From: Bacteroidota bacterium
GTDB lineage: Bacteria > Bacteroidota > Rhodothermia > Rhodothermales > JBCDJV01
Direction of reading: 5' to 3'
Length of the DNA stretch: 64,000 nt
NCBI GenBank assembly: GCA_038747425.1
Contig: JBCDJV010000003.1
Span: forward strand, 26,857-90,856
The translations under genes and the position numbers were made by a program. Position 1 is the first letter of the stretch. Every line of letters starts with the position of its first letter. Shown here piece after piece: positions 1 through 9,947 of this stretch. The notes beneath the pieces were generated by a model. The model had not been told where the DNA came from. It saw only the letters and a list, made by a program, of their open reading frames with translations, and made no database searches.

Positions 1-342
1 CTGGATCAGCGCCGTGTCGGCCTCGGACTTCATCACATACCCCCGGGCCCCGGCCTTCAGGGCCCGATCGGCGTAGAGGGTTTCGTCGTGCATGGAGACG
101 ACCACGATGGGCAGGTCCGGATCCTCAGCCTGCAGGGTTTTGATGAGTTCAAGGCCGTGCATACCGGGCCCCAGAGATAGGTCACAGATCACCAGGTCAG
201 GATGGAGGGCTCGGATCTGCTGGAGGGCGTCGAGGCCGTTGCTGGCTCCGCCACACACCACGAGGTCGGGCTCGCTTTGGGTCAGATACGCGTAGCCACG
301 CCGCATGATGGGATGGTCATCCACAATGAAGAGGCGATACAT
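1..342 (-). CDS. Response regulator, NarL/LuxR-class receiver domain (5' part only; gene runs off the left edge of the window)
   Basis: Absent from the ORF track because there is no stop in the window. My reverse translation from the ATG at 342..340 gives MYRLFIVDDHPIMRRGYAYL...PDLVICDLSLGPGMHGLELIKTL...PIVVVSMHDE...LKAGARGYVMKSE. This is a canonical receiver: DD pair, phospho-Asp context, conserved Lys. Confidence 0.85.
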   Translation of the reverse strand, partial: MYRLFIVDDHPIMRRGYAYLTQSEPDLVVCGGASNGLDALQQIRALHPDLVICDLSLGPGMHGLELIKTLQAEDPDLPIVVVSMHDETLYADRALKAGARGYVMKSEADTALIQ

Positions 343-1435
343 GGGCTCGAGGGGGGGCCGGTGAAGGAAAGACCGTGGTTGAGGCGGCCTCAACCACGAG
401 GCCAGGCAGCGGAGGGAGCCAACAGGTGACGCTCGTGCCGCCCGAGGGGGGAGTCTCTACCGTGAGCCGAGCGCCCAGGCAGGCGGCCCGGTACTGCATG
501 GTGCGCAGGCCGAGACCATGAGCGGCCTGCTGGGCCCCTGTTGGCCGCCCCGCTCCATCGTCTTCGATCTGCAGAAACAGGCGCCCGCCCTCCTGTCCCA
601 CACGCAGTACCAGGTGGCGGGCCTGAGCATGTTTGAGGGCATGGGTGACGGCTTCCTGGGCGATTCGGATCAGGTGCCGCACGGCAGACTCTTTGAATGG
701 GGGCCAGGCCGCCTCCACGTCGAGGCGCCCCGTGAAGCCAGCCGCGCGTTGGGCCGAGGCCAGCAGGTCTTGGAGCGCCGGCACGAGCGGACAGGCGCCG
801 GCACCTGGTGCCCGGAAGGTGTGCGAGAGGGCGCGCACGTGGTCCACCCCTTCGCGGAGTAGCGCCATGAGCGCCTCCAGTTCGTCTGTGGTAATCGCCT
901 GGCCTTGCTCAGACCGGCGAACCAAGGCGTGCCCGGCCCGCAAAGCGCTGGTCAGGGAGGCGTCCACGCCAGCAGGCCCGGTACGCTCCAACTCGTGCTG
1001 AACCGGCCGGTGCGGGTCGGGGGGCATCTCCACGATAGACAAGGCCGCCAACGCCAGAGGGCCGGACCGCGCCAGGCGTCCACGCATCAAGGCCTGACGC
1101 ACCGCCGAGGGATCGGTCCCGTCCACCTCCAAGTCGGCCGACGCCACCCACGGCGCGGCGGCCTTCGAGGGGTGCTCCTCGAACCGCACAGCCAGCACGA
1201 AGGGTGCCAGGCGTTGTTCGGGCGCCCGCGGGCGCCGGGTAGCAGGGCGCGGGCGGCGGCGTGAAGCCAGTCGCGGGGGCCCGTCTACATCAATCAGCAC
1301 CACGTCCGGTGCCTGACCGAACGCTTCCGTCTCGCCCAGAGCATCGGAGATCTGCGCCTCGTAGCCCCAGGAGGTCAACCAGGTGCGCAGGGCCTGTCCG
1401 TGAGGGAAGGATCGGGTGAGGATGAGGGCACGCAT
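317..1435 (-). CDS. Cytoplasmic histidine kinase (HisKA_3-like plus HATPase_c) with an N-terminal receiver-like domain
   Basis: ORF 317..1582; start chosen at ATG 1435 (MRALILTR...). C-terminal ATPase boxes are IAQEAVTHALKHA, IEDDGAG and HGLGLRTMQYRA. The N-terminus has receiver-like topology (VVLIDVDG) but lacks the N-terminal acidic pair. No TM segments. The 3' end overlaps the response-regulator start by 26 nt. Confidence 0.75.
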   Translation of the reverse strand: MRALILTRSFPHGQALRTWLTSWGYEAQISDALGETEAFGQAPDVVLIDVDGPPRLASRRRPRPATRRPRAPEQRLAPFVLAVRFEEHPSKAAAPWVASADLEVDGTDPSAVRQALMRGRLARSGPLALAALSIVEMPPDPHRPVQHELERTGPAGVDASLTSALRAGHALVRRSEQGQAITTDELEALMALLREGVDHVRALSHTFRAPGAGACPLVPALQDLLASAQRAAGFTGRLDVEAAWPPFKESAVRHLIRIAQEAVTHALKHAQARHLVLRVGQEGGRLFLQIEDDGAGRPTGAQQAAHGLGLRTMQYRAACLGARLTVETPPSGGTSVTCWLPPLPGLVVEAASTTVFPSPAPPRAHVSPLHCG

Positions 1436-1820
1436 GGATCGTCTCCGCAAGAAGCTTGGCCTGTGACGACACGGAAGGGTCCTGGCGTCGCACGGCGGGC
1501 CATCTCGTGCATCGAGGCTGTCTGCCCATACCGAGCCGCCCTCCAGACGGCTTCTTCGGGGATCCTCAGCCACGCTCTGCATGCTAGGACCTAGGCGTAA
1601 CCTAGCGCCCGGATTCTCCCGGCGCTAGGCGGAAAAACCTGCGTGGGGCACCAGGGTGGCCCCTACGTGTCGGTCGCGCTCTTGTGTGGAGGTGATGGGG
1701 GCTGCGCGGCCCGCTTGACGGATGGCTGCGCGGGGCCTCTCGCGCGTGCGAGTTCTCCCCACACGCTGAGCCGCCTTCATCCTACACGGCTTCACGGAGC
1801 CCACGTCCAGCCCCCTCGCT

Positions 1821-1843
1821 GATTTCCACCTATGTTGGAAATC
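1821..1843. promoter_or_regulatory. Perfect 8-bp inverted repeat GATTTCCA-N7-TGGAAATC, candidate operator upstream of the usp gene
   Basis: Read directly from the sequence. Lies in the roughly 540-bp divergent region between the kinase start (1435) and the Usp start (1975), flanked by CCACGT direct repeats. Confidence 0.25.
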
Positions 1844-1974
1844 CACGTGCCTACCCATACACATTTCGCACGCTGGAAGCGCTTTTCTATGTCAACAGAT
1901 TCATTCACTGACCGGGGCCGCTCTCCGCATGCTGTGTTCTCTTGAGCCTTCGGTCCCCCTCATCCCCCTTCGTT

Positions 1975-2910
1975 ATGCTGCACGCCCGTCCGCTACTCGT
2001 TCCCACTGATTTCACGGCAGGCGCTGACCAAGCGCTCTCTCAAGGCTTGCAATGGGCCCGTCGGCTTCATCTCCCGCTCCATCTCGTCCATGTGGCCAGT
2101 CCGGCGCTTCCCCCGTCCTACGACCCTCACCGCCACCTGCTCGATCAACTGGCCCTGCACGATCTGGAAGGGGTCACGGTGCGCCCTGTGATCCTCCGCC
2201 GGCATGGGGTGGCCAAGGCGTTGATCCACCATGCCGTCCGGACCGGAGCCGAGTTGGTGGTGATGAACGTGCGTGGCCAGAAATGGGTCACCCCGTCGGT
2301 CCCGTGGAGCCACTCGGCCTCCGTTTTTCGCCAGGCTCCTTGCGGGATGCTAGCGACCCGGGAGTCCAACCCCTCGCTCTTGCGTGACGGACGGCTGGGC
2401 CAGATGCTGGTCCTCCTTCATGCCCAGCACGAAGACCTCTCGCTGCTCCATCGGGCCTTGTACCTGGCCCGGCTCTATCGCGCCGACCTGCACGTGCTGA
2501 TGCATGCCCCAAGGACCGGGCGTTCCCTCCGTTCAGCGCCGTTTGCTCGCAACCGGGGCGTCGAACGGCAGGCGCGCATGGAGGCCCAGGTCCGCCGCGC
2601 GCGCACCCTCCTCCATGCCGAGCGGCTGACCACCCCCTCCTACCTCGACGTCACCAGCGGGGACATAGCCGACGATGCGCTCGCCCTGGCTGAGGAGCGC
2701 CACATCGATCTCGTCGTCGCGCGCAAGCATGAGTCCCTCCTCGACACGGTCCTTCACGCCGAAACCCTGGCCGCTGAGCGTATGATTCGGCTGGCTCCGT
2801 GCCCGGTCCTGGTGCTGGATCCCGTTCACGAGTCCTTGGGGTTCGCCTACAGCCGTCCACGCCACTTCAGCCGCCCCGCCACTCGGATCGAGATGCCCCT
2901 CCGAAACTGA
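1975..2910 (+). CDS. Tandem universal stress protein (two UspA domains)
   Basis: ORF 1942..2910; first ATG at 1975 (MLHARPLLVPTDFT...). Two repeats of the Usp pattern: LLVPTDFT...LVHV...ELVVMNVRG and MLVLLHA...DLVVARKHES...VLVL. Confidence 0.75.
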   Translation: MLHARPLLVPTDFTAGADQALSQGLQWARRLHLPLHLVHVASPALPPSYDPHRHLLDQLALHDLEGVTVRPVILRRHGVAKALIHHAVRTGAELVVMNVRGQKWVTPSVPWSHSASVFRQAPCGMLATRESNPSLLRDGRLGQMLVLLHAQHEDLSLLHRALYLARLYRADLHVLMHAPRTGRSLRSAPFARNRGVERQARMEAQVRRARTLLHAERLTTPSYLDVTSGDIADDALALAEERHIDLVVARKHESLLDTVLHAETLAAERMIRLAPCPVLVLDPVHESLGFAYSRPRHFSRPATRIEMPLRN

Positions 2911-2912
2911 CG

Positions 2913-3668
2913 TCAGCGGTAGGTCTTCTCCAGGCGGAGGAACGAGACGAGATCTTGCGTGCCCAGGGGCGCCCGCGGATACAGAAAGGGCTCGCCGTAG
3001 GTGGCCCCAATCTGGTAGCCGTAGTGCCGCGCCCGGCCCTCCACCCACTCGAAAAAGGTGGGGTTGGAGATGTACGTCTCGGGCTCGTCGGCGCCGGGTG
3101 TGTAGTCCGGGTTGTAGAACTGCGACTTGAACGCTTGCAGGGCCGCCACCCGTTGGGGCCACACGTCCGTCACGTCCACGACCAGGGTCGGCTTGACATC
3201 TACGGATTGGATGTACGTCAGCGCGTGGTGCGGACGCCACGGCTCCTGCGGGCTACCGTCTTCATCCACCGTCTCAATCTTACGCAAGCCGCTGTAGAAG
3301 AGCGTGTCTGTGGCCAGCCGATGGGCAGCGCCATGATCGGGGTGCCGGCATTGCAGCGGGTTCATGAGCACGATAGCCGGGCGATAGCGACGAATGTATC
3401 GCATGAGGGCCCGCTGGGTGGCGGGCGTGTTTTCGATGTGGCCATCGGGCAGGCCGAGGTTGTGACGGGCGGCCAGCCCTAGGATGCGCGAGGCCTCGGC
3501 CGCTTCCTCAAGCCGCCCCTCGGGCGTTCCCCGTGAGCCCAGCTCACCTCGGGTGAAGTCGATGATGCCCACGCGGTAGCCTTGCTGGGTCAGCGCACAG
3601 ACCGTGCCCCCTGCCGAAAGCTCCACGTCGTCCGGATGGGCCGCCAGGGCCAACACGTCTAGGGTCAT
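2913..3668 (-). CDS. bshB: Bacillithiol biosynthesis deacetylase BshB1 (LmbE/PIG-L family)
   Basis: MTLDVLALAAHPDDVELSAGGTV...GELGSRGT...RHPDHGAAHRL. Contains the PIG-L zinc-binding motifs (AHPDD, HPDH) and is colinear with Bacillus BshB1. Confidence 0.8.
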   Translation of the reverse strand: MTLDVLALAAHPDDVELSAGGTVCALTQQGYRVGIIDFTRGELGSRGTPEGRLEEAAEASRILGLAARHNLGLPDGHIENTPATQRALMRYIRRYRPAIVLMNPLQCRHPDHGAAHRLATDTLFYSGLRKIETVDEDGSPQEPWRPHHALTYIQSVDVKPTLVVDVTDVWPQRVAALQAFKSQFYNPDYTPGADEPETYISNPTFFEWVEGRARHYGYQIGATYGEPFLYPRAPLGTQDLVSFLRLEKTYR

Positions 3669-3722
3669 GGATGTACTCGTTGAGTGGTCGAAGAAGCCCT
3701 TGGCACAGCCACGAGGAACGCC

Positions 3723-5309
3723 CTACCCCGGTTCCTCGGCCACCGGTCGCCCAGGGATGGACACGGCGGCCACGGCGGCCCCCATCAGGGCCAGCGCCGC
3801 AGACACGCCCATGGCCCACCGGAAGCCGTGGACCAGCGCGCCAGCCGTGGCCGCTCGCACCGCCGCCTGCTCTTCCGGGGGCACGGCGTCCAAGGGGGCA
3901 CCGCCGCCCGGGTCCTGCCGCGCCGAGGCAACGGCTGCCAGGCTGGCCGCTGACAGATCGGCCTGGGCGGCGCGCGCATCGAGCGTGGAGGTGTAAACGC
4001 CAAAGGTCAGCGCACCGAAGAGGGTGATGGCCAACAGCTGCGCCACGCGGCTAGCGGCGTTGTTGATGCCCGAGGCGGTGCCGGCCTGATCGTCGTCCAC
4101 GGCGTTCATCACCACGGTGGTCAGGGGCGCCACGGCCACGGTCATGCCGAGCCCCAGCACCACCATGGGCACAAAGAAGGTGGTCCAGTAGCTGCCCGAC
4201 GTGCCAGGCAGCGCGAAGAGCGCGAGGCCCAGGGCGGACACCGTGGTGCCGGTGATCAGCATACGCCGCGCCCCGATCCGCTCGATGTGGCCGCCCATCC
4301 AGCGGCTCAGGCCGCCCATGAGCAGCGTAAAGGGTAAGAACGCCGCCCCAGCCGCCGTGGCCGAGTACCCATGCACCCCGATGAGCACGTAGGGAAACAG
4401 AAAGGACAGCCCGCCCAGCGCCATGTACAGAAACATAGTGAGCGCGTTGGCGCCCGAGAAGGTGGCCGACCGAAACAGGGTGAGCGGCATCATCGGGGCC
4501 GAGGTCCGGGCCTCGCGCAGGATAAAGCCGCCCAGTAGCCCCACGCCCGCGGAGACGCTCCCCCACACGCGGGGATCGGCCCAGCCCGTCTCGCCCTGTC
4601 GGATCAGCCCAAACACCAACGCCCCAAGCCCAGCGGCGGCCAGCACAGCCCCTGGTAGGTCGAGGTCGCCGTCCGTATGTGCCGCTCGGCTCTCCGGTAG
4701 GCGGAACACGGCCAACGCCAAGGCGACGGCCGCAAACGGCACGAGGGCCACGAACATCCAGCGCCAGCCCGCCACATCCACGAGGTAGCCGCCCAGCAGC
4801 GGCCCCGCAGCACTCGTCAGCGCGGCCGCCCCCGCCCACGTCCCGATGGCCGCCCCCCGCTCCTCCGGCGGGAAGAAAGCCCGTAGCAAGGCCAAGCTAC
4901 CAGGCACCAGCAAGGCGGCCCCCACTCCTTGCACCGCCCGCGCCGCAATGAGCCAGCCCGCACTCGGCGCCCACGCACAGGCCGCCGTGGCCACCCCCAC
5001 GATGCCTAGCCCCCAGGCAAAGACACGCGTCCGTCCGTAGCGATCGCCTAGCGCCCCGCCAATCAGGATGAGCCCAGCCAAGGGGAGCAGGTAGGCGTTC
5101 AGCACCCACTGCATCGTGGCCGCGTTGGTGCCCAAGCTAGACTGCATGGCCGGCAGCGCGACGTTGACCACCGACGATAACGTGAACGCCACACTCGACC
5201 CGAGCACAGAAGCCGCCAGCACCCACCGCTGCGCCGCCGAGTCTGACTGCGCGTCGTGCGCGCCACTCCGGAGAGCATCGGCTTCAGGCGCCCGGCATTC
5301 AGCAGACAT
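3723..5309 (-). CDS. MFS transporter, DHA2 (EmrB/QacA-like, about 14 TM) drug/H+ antiporter family
   Basis: ORF 3723..5444; start chosen at ATG 5309 (MSAECRAP...), because the upstream part of the ORF translates the heptamer repeat element. MFS motif A is GALGDRYGRTRVF, followed by many hydrophobic segments. Confidence 0.8.
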   Translation of the reverse strand: MSAECRAPEADALRSGAHDAQSDSAAQRWVLAASVLGSSVAFTLSSVVNVALPAMQSSLGTNAATMQWVLNAYLLPLAGLILIGGALGDRYGRTRVFAWGLGIVGVATAACAWAPSAGWLIAARAVQGVGAALLVPGSLALLRAFFPPEERGAAIGTWAGAAALTSAAGPLLGGYLVDVAGWRWMFVALVPFAAVALALAVFRLPESRAAHTDGDLDLPGAVLAAAGLGALVFGLIRQGETGWADPRVWGSVSAGVGLLGGFILREARTSAPMMPLTLFRSATFSGANALTMFLYMALGGLSFLFPYVLIGVHGYSATAAGAAFLPFTLLMGGLSRWMGGHIERIGARRMLITGTTVSALGLALFALPGTSGSYWTTFFVPMVVLGLGMTVAVAPLTTVVMNAVDDDQAGTASGINNAASRVAQLLAITLFGALTFGVYTSTLDARAAQADLSAASLAAVASARQDPGGGAPLDAVPPEEQAAVRAATAGALVHGFRWAMGVSAALALMGAAVAAVSIPGRPVAEEPG

Positions 5310-5322
5310 GGCAGGAGGGAGA

Positions 5323-5454
5323 GGAGTGGTGAATGGTGAAGTAGGAGATGGGGCTCCGCTTTTCAGTTTCACGCCCGCAGTGCACATGCCGTCTGGGAGT
5401 GGAGCTCGAAAGCAACGTCTCGCCTCCACTTCACCATTCACCACTCACCATTCA
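5323..5454. repeat. GGTGAAT-heptamer inverted-repeat element, copy A
   Basis: Left arm GTGGTGAATGGTGAAGT (5326..5342) is the perfect reverse complement of ACTTCACCATTCACCAC (5428..5444). The stem extends by GGAG/CTCC and the loop is about 76 nt. The right arm runs into the leuS stop codon (5452..5454). Confidence 0.85.
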
Positions 5455-8052
5455 ATTGACCACTAAGTTCACGATGCGGCCCGGGACGTAGATCTCGCGG
5501 CGCAAGGTCTTGCCTTCGAGGAAGCGCTGCACGTTCTCCTCAGCTTTGGCGAGGGCGAGAATAGCGTCCTTGGAGGCGCTGGCGTCTACGTCGATGTTGG
5601 CGCGCACCTTGCCGTTGACCTGGACCGGGAGCGTGAGCGTATCTTCCTTGAGATAGGCCTCGTTGAGCTCGGGCCATGGGGCGTAGGCCAGCGAGGTCGC
5701 GTGGCCGAGGCGCTGCCACAGCTCTTCCGCCAGGTGCGGCGCGAACGGGCTCAGGAGCAACACGAATGGCTCGATGACGGCCTTGGGGCACGCCGTCCAT
5801 TTCATGGCGGCGTTGACGAACTCCATCATGGCCGAGATGGCTGTGTTGAAACGCAGCCCTTCGATGTCGTCCGTGACCTTTTGGATCGTCAGGTGGAGGG
5901 TGCGGAGTTGGTCTTTGGTGGGCGCGTCGCCCGTGAGCGCAGGCGAGAGGCCGTCGGCTTCGTCGGTGATGAGGCGCCAGGCGCGGTTCAGGAAGCGGAA
6001 GACGCCCTCCACGCCGCGGGTGCTCCACGGCTTGCTCTGCTCCAGGGGGCCGAGAAACATCTCATAGAGCCGCATGGAATCCGCCCCGTACTGCGCGATG
6101 ACCTCGTCTGGGTTGACCACGTTGCCGCGGCTCTTGCTCATCTTGTACGAACGGGCGTCCAGCGTGATGGCCGGATCGGCCTTGAGCACGAAGCCCTCGC
6201 CGCGCTTCTCCACGTCGTCTTCGTCGACGCGGACGCGGGTGAGGTCAGCGTGGCCCTCTGTGTCCGTGGTGCTGATCCAGGCGCCGGTGGCGTCTTGGAA
6301 GCCCGTGTACTCCATCTCGCCCAGGATGAGGCCCTGGTGGATGAGGCGCACAAAGGGCTCGGGCGTGGCCACCACACCCGCATCATAGAGCACCATGTGC
6401 CAGAAACGGGCGTAGAGTAGGTGCAGCACGGCGTGCTCCTGGCCGCCCACGTACAGGTCCACCGGCATCCAGTACCGCTCTTTCTCGGGGTCGACCAGCA
6501 CCTCGTCATTGTGAGGGTCGATGAAGCGCAGGTAGTACCAGCACGACCCCGCCCACTGCGGCATCGTGTTGGTCTCGCGGCGGGCGGGATGGCCCGTCTC
6601 CGGGTCGGTGGTGTGGAGCCAGTCCGTAGCCAGCGCCAGGGGGCCCTCGGGGGAGCCACTGGGCTTGAACTCCTCCAGGTCGGGCAGCGTCAGCGGCAGG
6701 TCGGTGGGCGCCAGCGGCTTGTGGACGCGCTCGCCCTGGTCGTCCACGAACACGATGGGAAACGGCTCGCCCCAGTAGCGCTGGCGGCTGAAAAGCCAGT
6801 CGCGCAGCTTGTAGTTGACCTGGCGCGTCCCGTGCCCCTGAGCTTCGAGCCAGTCGATGATCGCGGCCTTGGCCTCGGCCACGCCCAGGCCGTCGAGGAA
6901 GCCGCTGTTGATGGCGGGCCCTTCGCCGGTGTAGGCCGTCCCCTCGAAGTCGGCGGGCGGCTGGACGGTGCGGACGATCGGCAGATCGTATACCTCGGCA
7001 AATTCCCAGTCGCGCTCGTCCTGCCCCGGCACAGCCATGATGGCCCCGGTGCCGTAGGAGGCCAGCACGTAGTCGGCGATCCAGACGGGGACGTCCGTGC
7101 CGGTGGCGGGGTTGGTGGCGTAGGCCCCGGTCCACACGCCGGTCTTCTCTTTCTGCAGCTCGGTGCGCTCGAGGTCGCTCTTGCGCGCGGCCTCCAGCTG
7201 GTAGGCGCGGACGGCCTCCCGCTGTGCAGGCGTCGTGATGGGGTCCACGAGGGGGTGCTCGGGCGCCAGCACCATGTAGGTGGCCCCGAAGAGCGTATCC
7301 GGGCGGGTGGTGAAGACACGGATCTGGGCGTCGTGGTCCACCATGGGGAAGCTGATCTCAGCGCCTTCGCTCCGCCCGATCCAGTTGCGCTGCATCTCCT
7401 TGGTGCTGGTGGGCCAATCGAGATCGTCCAGCCCGGCCAGGAGGCGCTCGGCGTAGGCGGTGATGCGCAGCATCCACTGGCGAAGTGGCCGGCGCACCAC
7501 CGGGAAGCCGCCGACCTCACTCTTGCCATCCACGATCTCCTCGTTAGCCAGCGTGGTGCCCAGCTCCTCGCACCACCAGACGGGGATCTCGGCCTGGTAG
7601 GCCAGGCCCCGCTCGTAGAGCTTAAGGAAGATCCACTGGGTCCACCGGTAGTAGTCCGGAGCGGTGGTGTTGATCTCGCGCTGCCAGTCGTAGGAGAAGC
7701 CCAGCGCCTTGAGCTGCTCGCGGAAACGGTCGACGTTGTTCTCGGTGGTGACGCGGGGGTGGGTGTTGGTCTTCAGGGCGTACTGCTCGGCCGGCAGGCC
7801 GAACGCGTCCCACCCCATCGGGTGGAGCACGTTGCAACCCAGCATCCGCTTGTAGCGGGCCAGGATGTCGGTAGCGGTGTAGCCCTCCGGATGGCCTACG
7901 TGTAGCCCTGACCCGCTCGGGTAGGGAAACATGTCGAGCACGTAGTACTTGGGCTGATCAGGGGTGGGTTCGTCGGGCGTGCGGAAGGTCTGATGGGCCT
8001 CCCAGTAGGCCTGCCAACGAGCCTCGATGGCCTGAAACGGATACGACGCCAT
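5452..8052 (-). CDS. leuS: Leucine--tRNA ligase
   Basis: 866 aa. Class I HIGH motif ([10 protein letters not shown]) and KMSKS motif (YKMSKSRGN), with bacterial LeuRS architecture throughout. Confidence 0.97.
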   Translation of the reverse strand: MASYPFQAIEARWQAYWEAHQTFRTPDEPTPDQPKYYVLDMFPYPSGSGLHVGHPEGYTATDILARYKRMLGCNVLHPMGWDAFGLPAEQYALKTNTHPRVTTENNVDRFREQLKALGFSYDWQREINTTAPDYYRWTQWIFLKLYERGLAYQAEIPVWWCEELGTTLANEEIVDGKSEVGGFPVVRRPLRQWMLRITAYAERLLAGLDDLDWPTSTKEMQRNWIGRSEGAEISFPMVDHDAQIRVFTTRPDTLFGATYMVLAPEHPLVDPITTPAQREAVRAYQLEAARKSDLERTELQKEKTGVWTGAYATNPATGTDVPVWIADYVLASYGTGAIMAVPGQDERDWEFAEVYDLPIVRTVQPPADFEGTAYTGEGPAINSGFLDGLGVAEAKAAIIDWLEAQGHGTRQVNYKLRDWLFSRQRYWGEPFPIVFVDDQGERVHKPLAPTDLPLTLPDLEEFKPSGSPEGPLALATDWLHTTDPETGHPARRETNTMPQWAGSCWYYLRFIDPHNDEVLVDPEKERYWMPVDLYVGGQEHAVLHLLYARFWHMVLYDAGVVATPEPFVRLIHQGLILGEMEYTGFQDATGAWISTTDTEGHADLTRVRVDEDDVEKRGEGFVLKADPAITLDARSYKMSKSRGNVVNPDEVIAQYGADSMRLYEMFLGPLEQSKPWSTRGVEGVFRFLNRAWRLITDEADGLSPALTGDAPTKDQLRTLHLTIQKVTDDIEGLRFNTAISAMMEFVNAAMKWTACPKAVIEPFVLLLSPFAPHLAEELWQRLGHATSLAYAPWPELNEAYLKEDTLTLPVQVNGKVRANIDVDASASKDAILALAKAEENVQRFLEGKTLRREIYVPGRIVNLVVN

Positions 8053-8271
8053 GGGGTCTTGGCTACATTACATGAGTGTCAGTGCGAGGTAAGCCAGCAA
8101 GATAGGGCGCAGCGGAAGGGAAAAGTGCAACGTGCGCCCAGCGGTATACAAAATGTGTGGGAGGCACCGGGACCGGCCGACCAACCCAGGCCACCGGACG
8201 AACCAACGGATCGCCGCGCCCGGCTGTCCGTACCACCTTGCCTTGCGCTACCCCCACATTTGCTCGCTCTG

Positions 8272-8685
8272 ATGCCCAACCTCCAGACGCTCTTCGCCAC
8301 CGCCCAGACCATCGCCGTGGTAGGCTGCTCGCCCAAGCCGAGCCGCACCAGCCATCAGATCGCGCGCTACCTCCAGCAGGTCGGCTACCGCATGATCCCG
8401 GTCCACCCGAAAGCTACCGAGATCCTGGGCGCCCCGTGCTACCCTACGGTCTCCGCCATTCCCGCCGACGTGCAGGTGGACATCGTCAATGTCTTCCGGC
8501 AATCCGCGTACACCGCTGGCGTCGTACGCGACGTCATCGCGCGGCGAGACGCCACGGGGCAGGCGCCCACCATCTGGACCCAGCTGGGGGTATCCAGCCC
8601 GGAGGCGCGGGCGATGGCTGAGGAGGCCGGACTGCCCTACGTTCACGAGCGGTGCATCATGGTGGATCACCGGATGCTCACGTAG
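8272..8685 (+). CDS. CoA-binding domain protein (YccU-like)
   Basis: ORF 7993..8685; ATG at 8272 (MPNLQTLFATAQTIAVVGCSPKPSRTSH...). Shows the typical IAVVG...P.R.S pattern of the CoA_binding_2 family. Confidence 0.75.
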   Translation: MPNLQTLFATAQTIAVVGCSPKPSRTSHQIARYLQQVGYRMIPVHPKATEILGAPCYPTVSAIPADVQVDIVNVFRQSAYTAGVVRDVIARRDATGQAPTIWTQLGVSSPEARAMAEEAGLPYVHERCIMVDHRMLT

Positions 8686-8751
8686 GAACCCGACGCCTCG
8701 TCGGACACGATACCTCCTGCCCCGGGGCATAGGCGCCCCTCCTACAGCGTG

Positions 8752-9675
8752 CTACAGCGAGGCCGGCGTGAAGCGATAGGCGTCACCGTCGCGGCCGACG
8801 TAGCCCGTGCTGGGGAACGGCAGGTGGGCCGCGCAAAGCGGATAGCCTTCGGTCACAGCCAGATCGAGCACACGGGTGCGCGCCGCCGCTGCCGCCTCGC
8901 GGTCCATGTCGAAGCCGAACGCCCACTCGGGGTGCTGGAACGACGTGACCGGATGTACCAGGGCGTCGCCCGCGATCAGGAGCCGCTGTCCACCGTCGTC
9001 GAGCAGAAACGCGGCATGACCCGGCGTGTGACCGTTCGCGGCCAGAGCACGCAGGCCCGGAGCCAGCTCGGCCCCATCAGCGAAGGGCTGCAACCGATCC
9101 CGCACCGGAGCTAAGGTCTGCAGCGTGTTCGCGACTGAATTGCTATCCCCCGTGAAGCCGTCGAGGAAGGCCAGCTCTGGGGCGGCGATGTGCACGCTGG
9201 CGTTGGGAAACGTGGGCTGCCCGTCGGCGGAGACAGCCCCTACATGGTCGCCATGGAAGTGGGAGATCAAGAGGCGGTCCACAGACGCGGGGTCCATCCC
9301 GAGGGCATTCATCGTGGCCACCAGCTCGGTGCCGGTCCCGGTGTCCACGAGCACGCGGACATCGCCCACATCGATGACAACCTGGCAGACATCGGTCGGG
9401 ACGCCGTCGGTGGGCAACCCGAATTCGTTGAACAGCGCGGCCGCCGCCCCGTCCGGCGCGTTGGCGACGACCTGGTCCAGCGAGAGCTGGAAGGTGGTGT
9501 CTCGGATCACGGTCACGGTGGCCTCACCGATGGTGAACGAGTGCGCCGACACGCTGTGGTGCGCCCGCAAGGGCTTCGGCGAAGCGACGGCGGCGGCCGG
9601 CAAGGTGGCCCCAAGGCCGAGGGCGGCAAAGCCACGTAGGGCCTCGCGACGAGAGAAGATGGACATGGGTGGCAT
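8752..9675 (-). CDS. MBL-fold metallo-hydrolase with Tat signal peptide
   Basis: ATG at 9675 or 9666 (MPPMSIFSRREALRGFAALGLGA, twin-arginine motif). HxHxDH motif is ISHFHGDHVGA. Confidence 0.8.
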   Translation of the reverse strand: MPPMSIFSRREALRGFAALGLGATLPAAAVASPKPLRAHHSVSAHSFTIGEATVTVIRDTTFQLSLDQVVANAPDGAAAALFNEFGLPTDGVPTDVCQVVIDVGDVRVLVDTGTGTELVATMNALGMDPASVDRLLISHFHGDHVGAVSADGQPTFPNASVHIAAPELAFLDGFTGDSNSVANTLQTLAPVRDRLQPFADGAELAPGLRALAANGHTPGHAAFLLDDGGQRLLIAGDALVHPVTSFQHPEWAFGFDMDREAAAAARTRVLDLAVTEGYPLCAAHLPFPSTGYVGRDGDAYRFTPASL

Positions 9676-9947
9676 GGCTGGATGAGGGAAGACGTGGCCC
9701 TTGCCACGCGCGAGTGGAGCCCGTGGTTTCCCCCACTGCACGAGGCCACACCGTCGGCGCGAGCCTGTGGGTCCGCGGCACATGGCCGTGCAGGCCCGGC
9801 TTCAACCTTGGATTCGCATCAGATGCTAACACGGTGGATTCGGCCGTTCAAGAGCAGCGAGCCATCTGGAAAAAACCTGCTCCAGCCTGTTCGTAGCGGG
9901 GCGCAGGCCCTACTTTGACCCCTCCAGACGCCTTCATCCCCTCCTGC

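Noticed and set aside
6421-7905. 494-aa plus-strand ORF inside leuS
   Set aside because: It is antisense to leuS, which is unambiguous from its HIGH and KMSKS motifs. Its composition (G/R/P/V/H runs) is typical of a GC-driven artefact.
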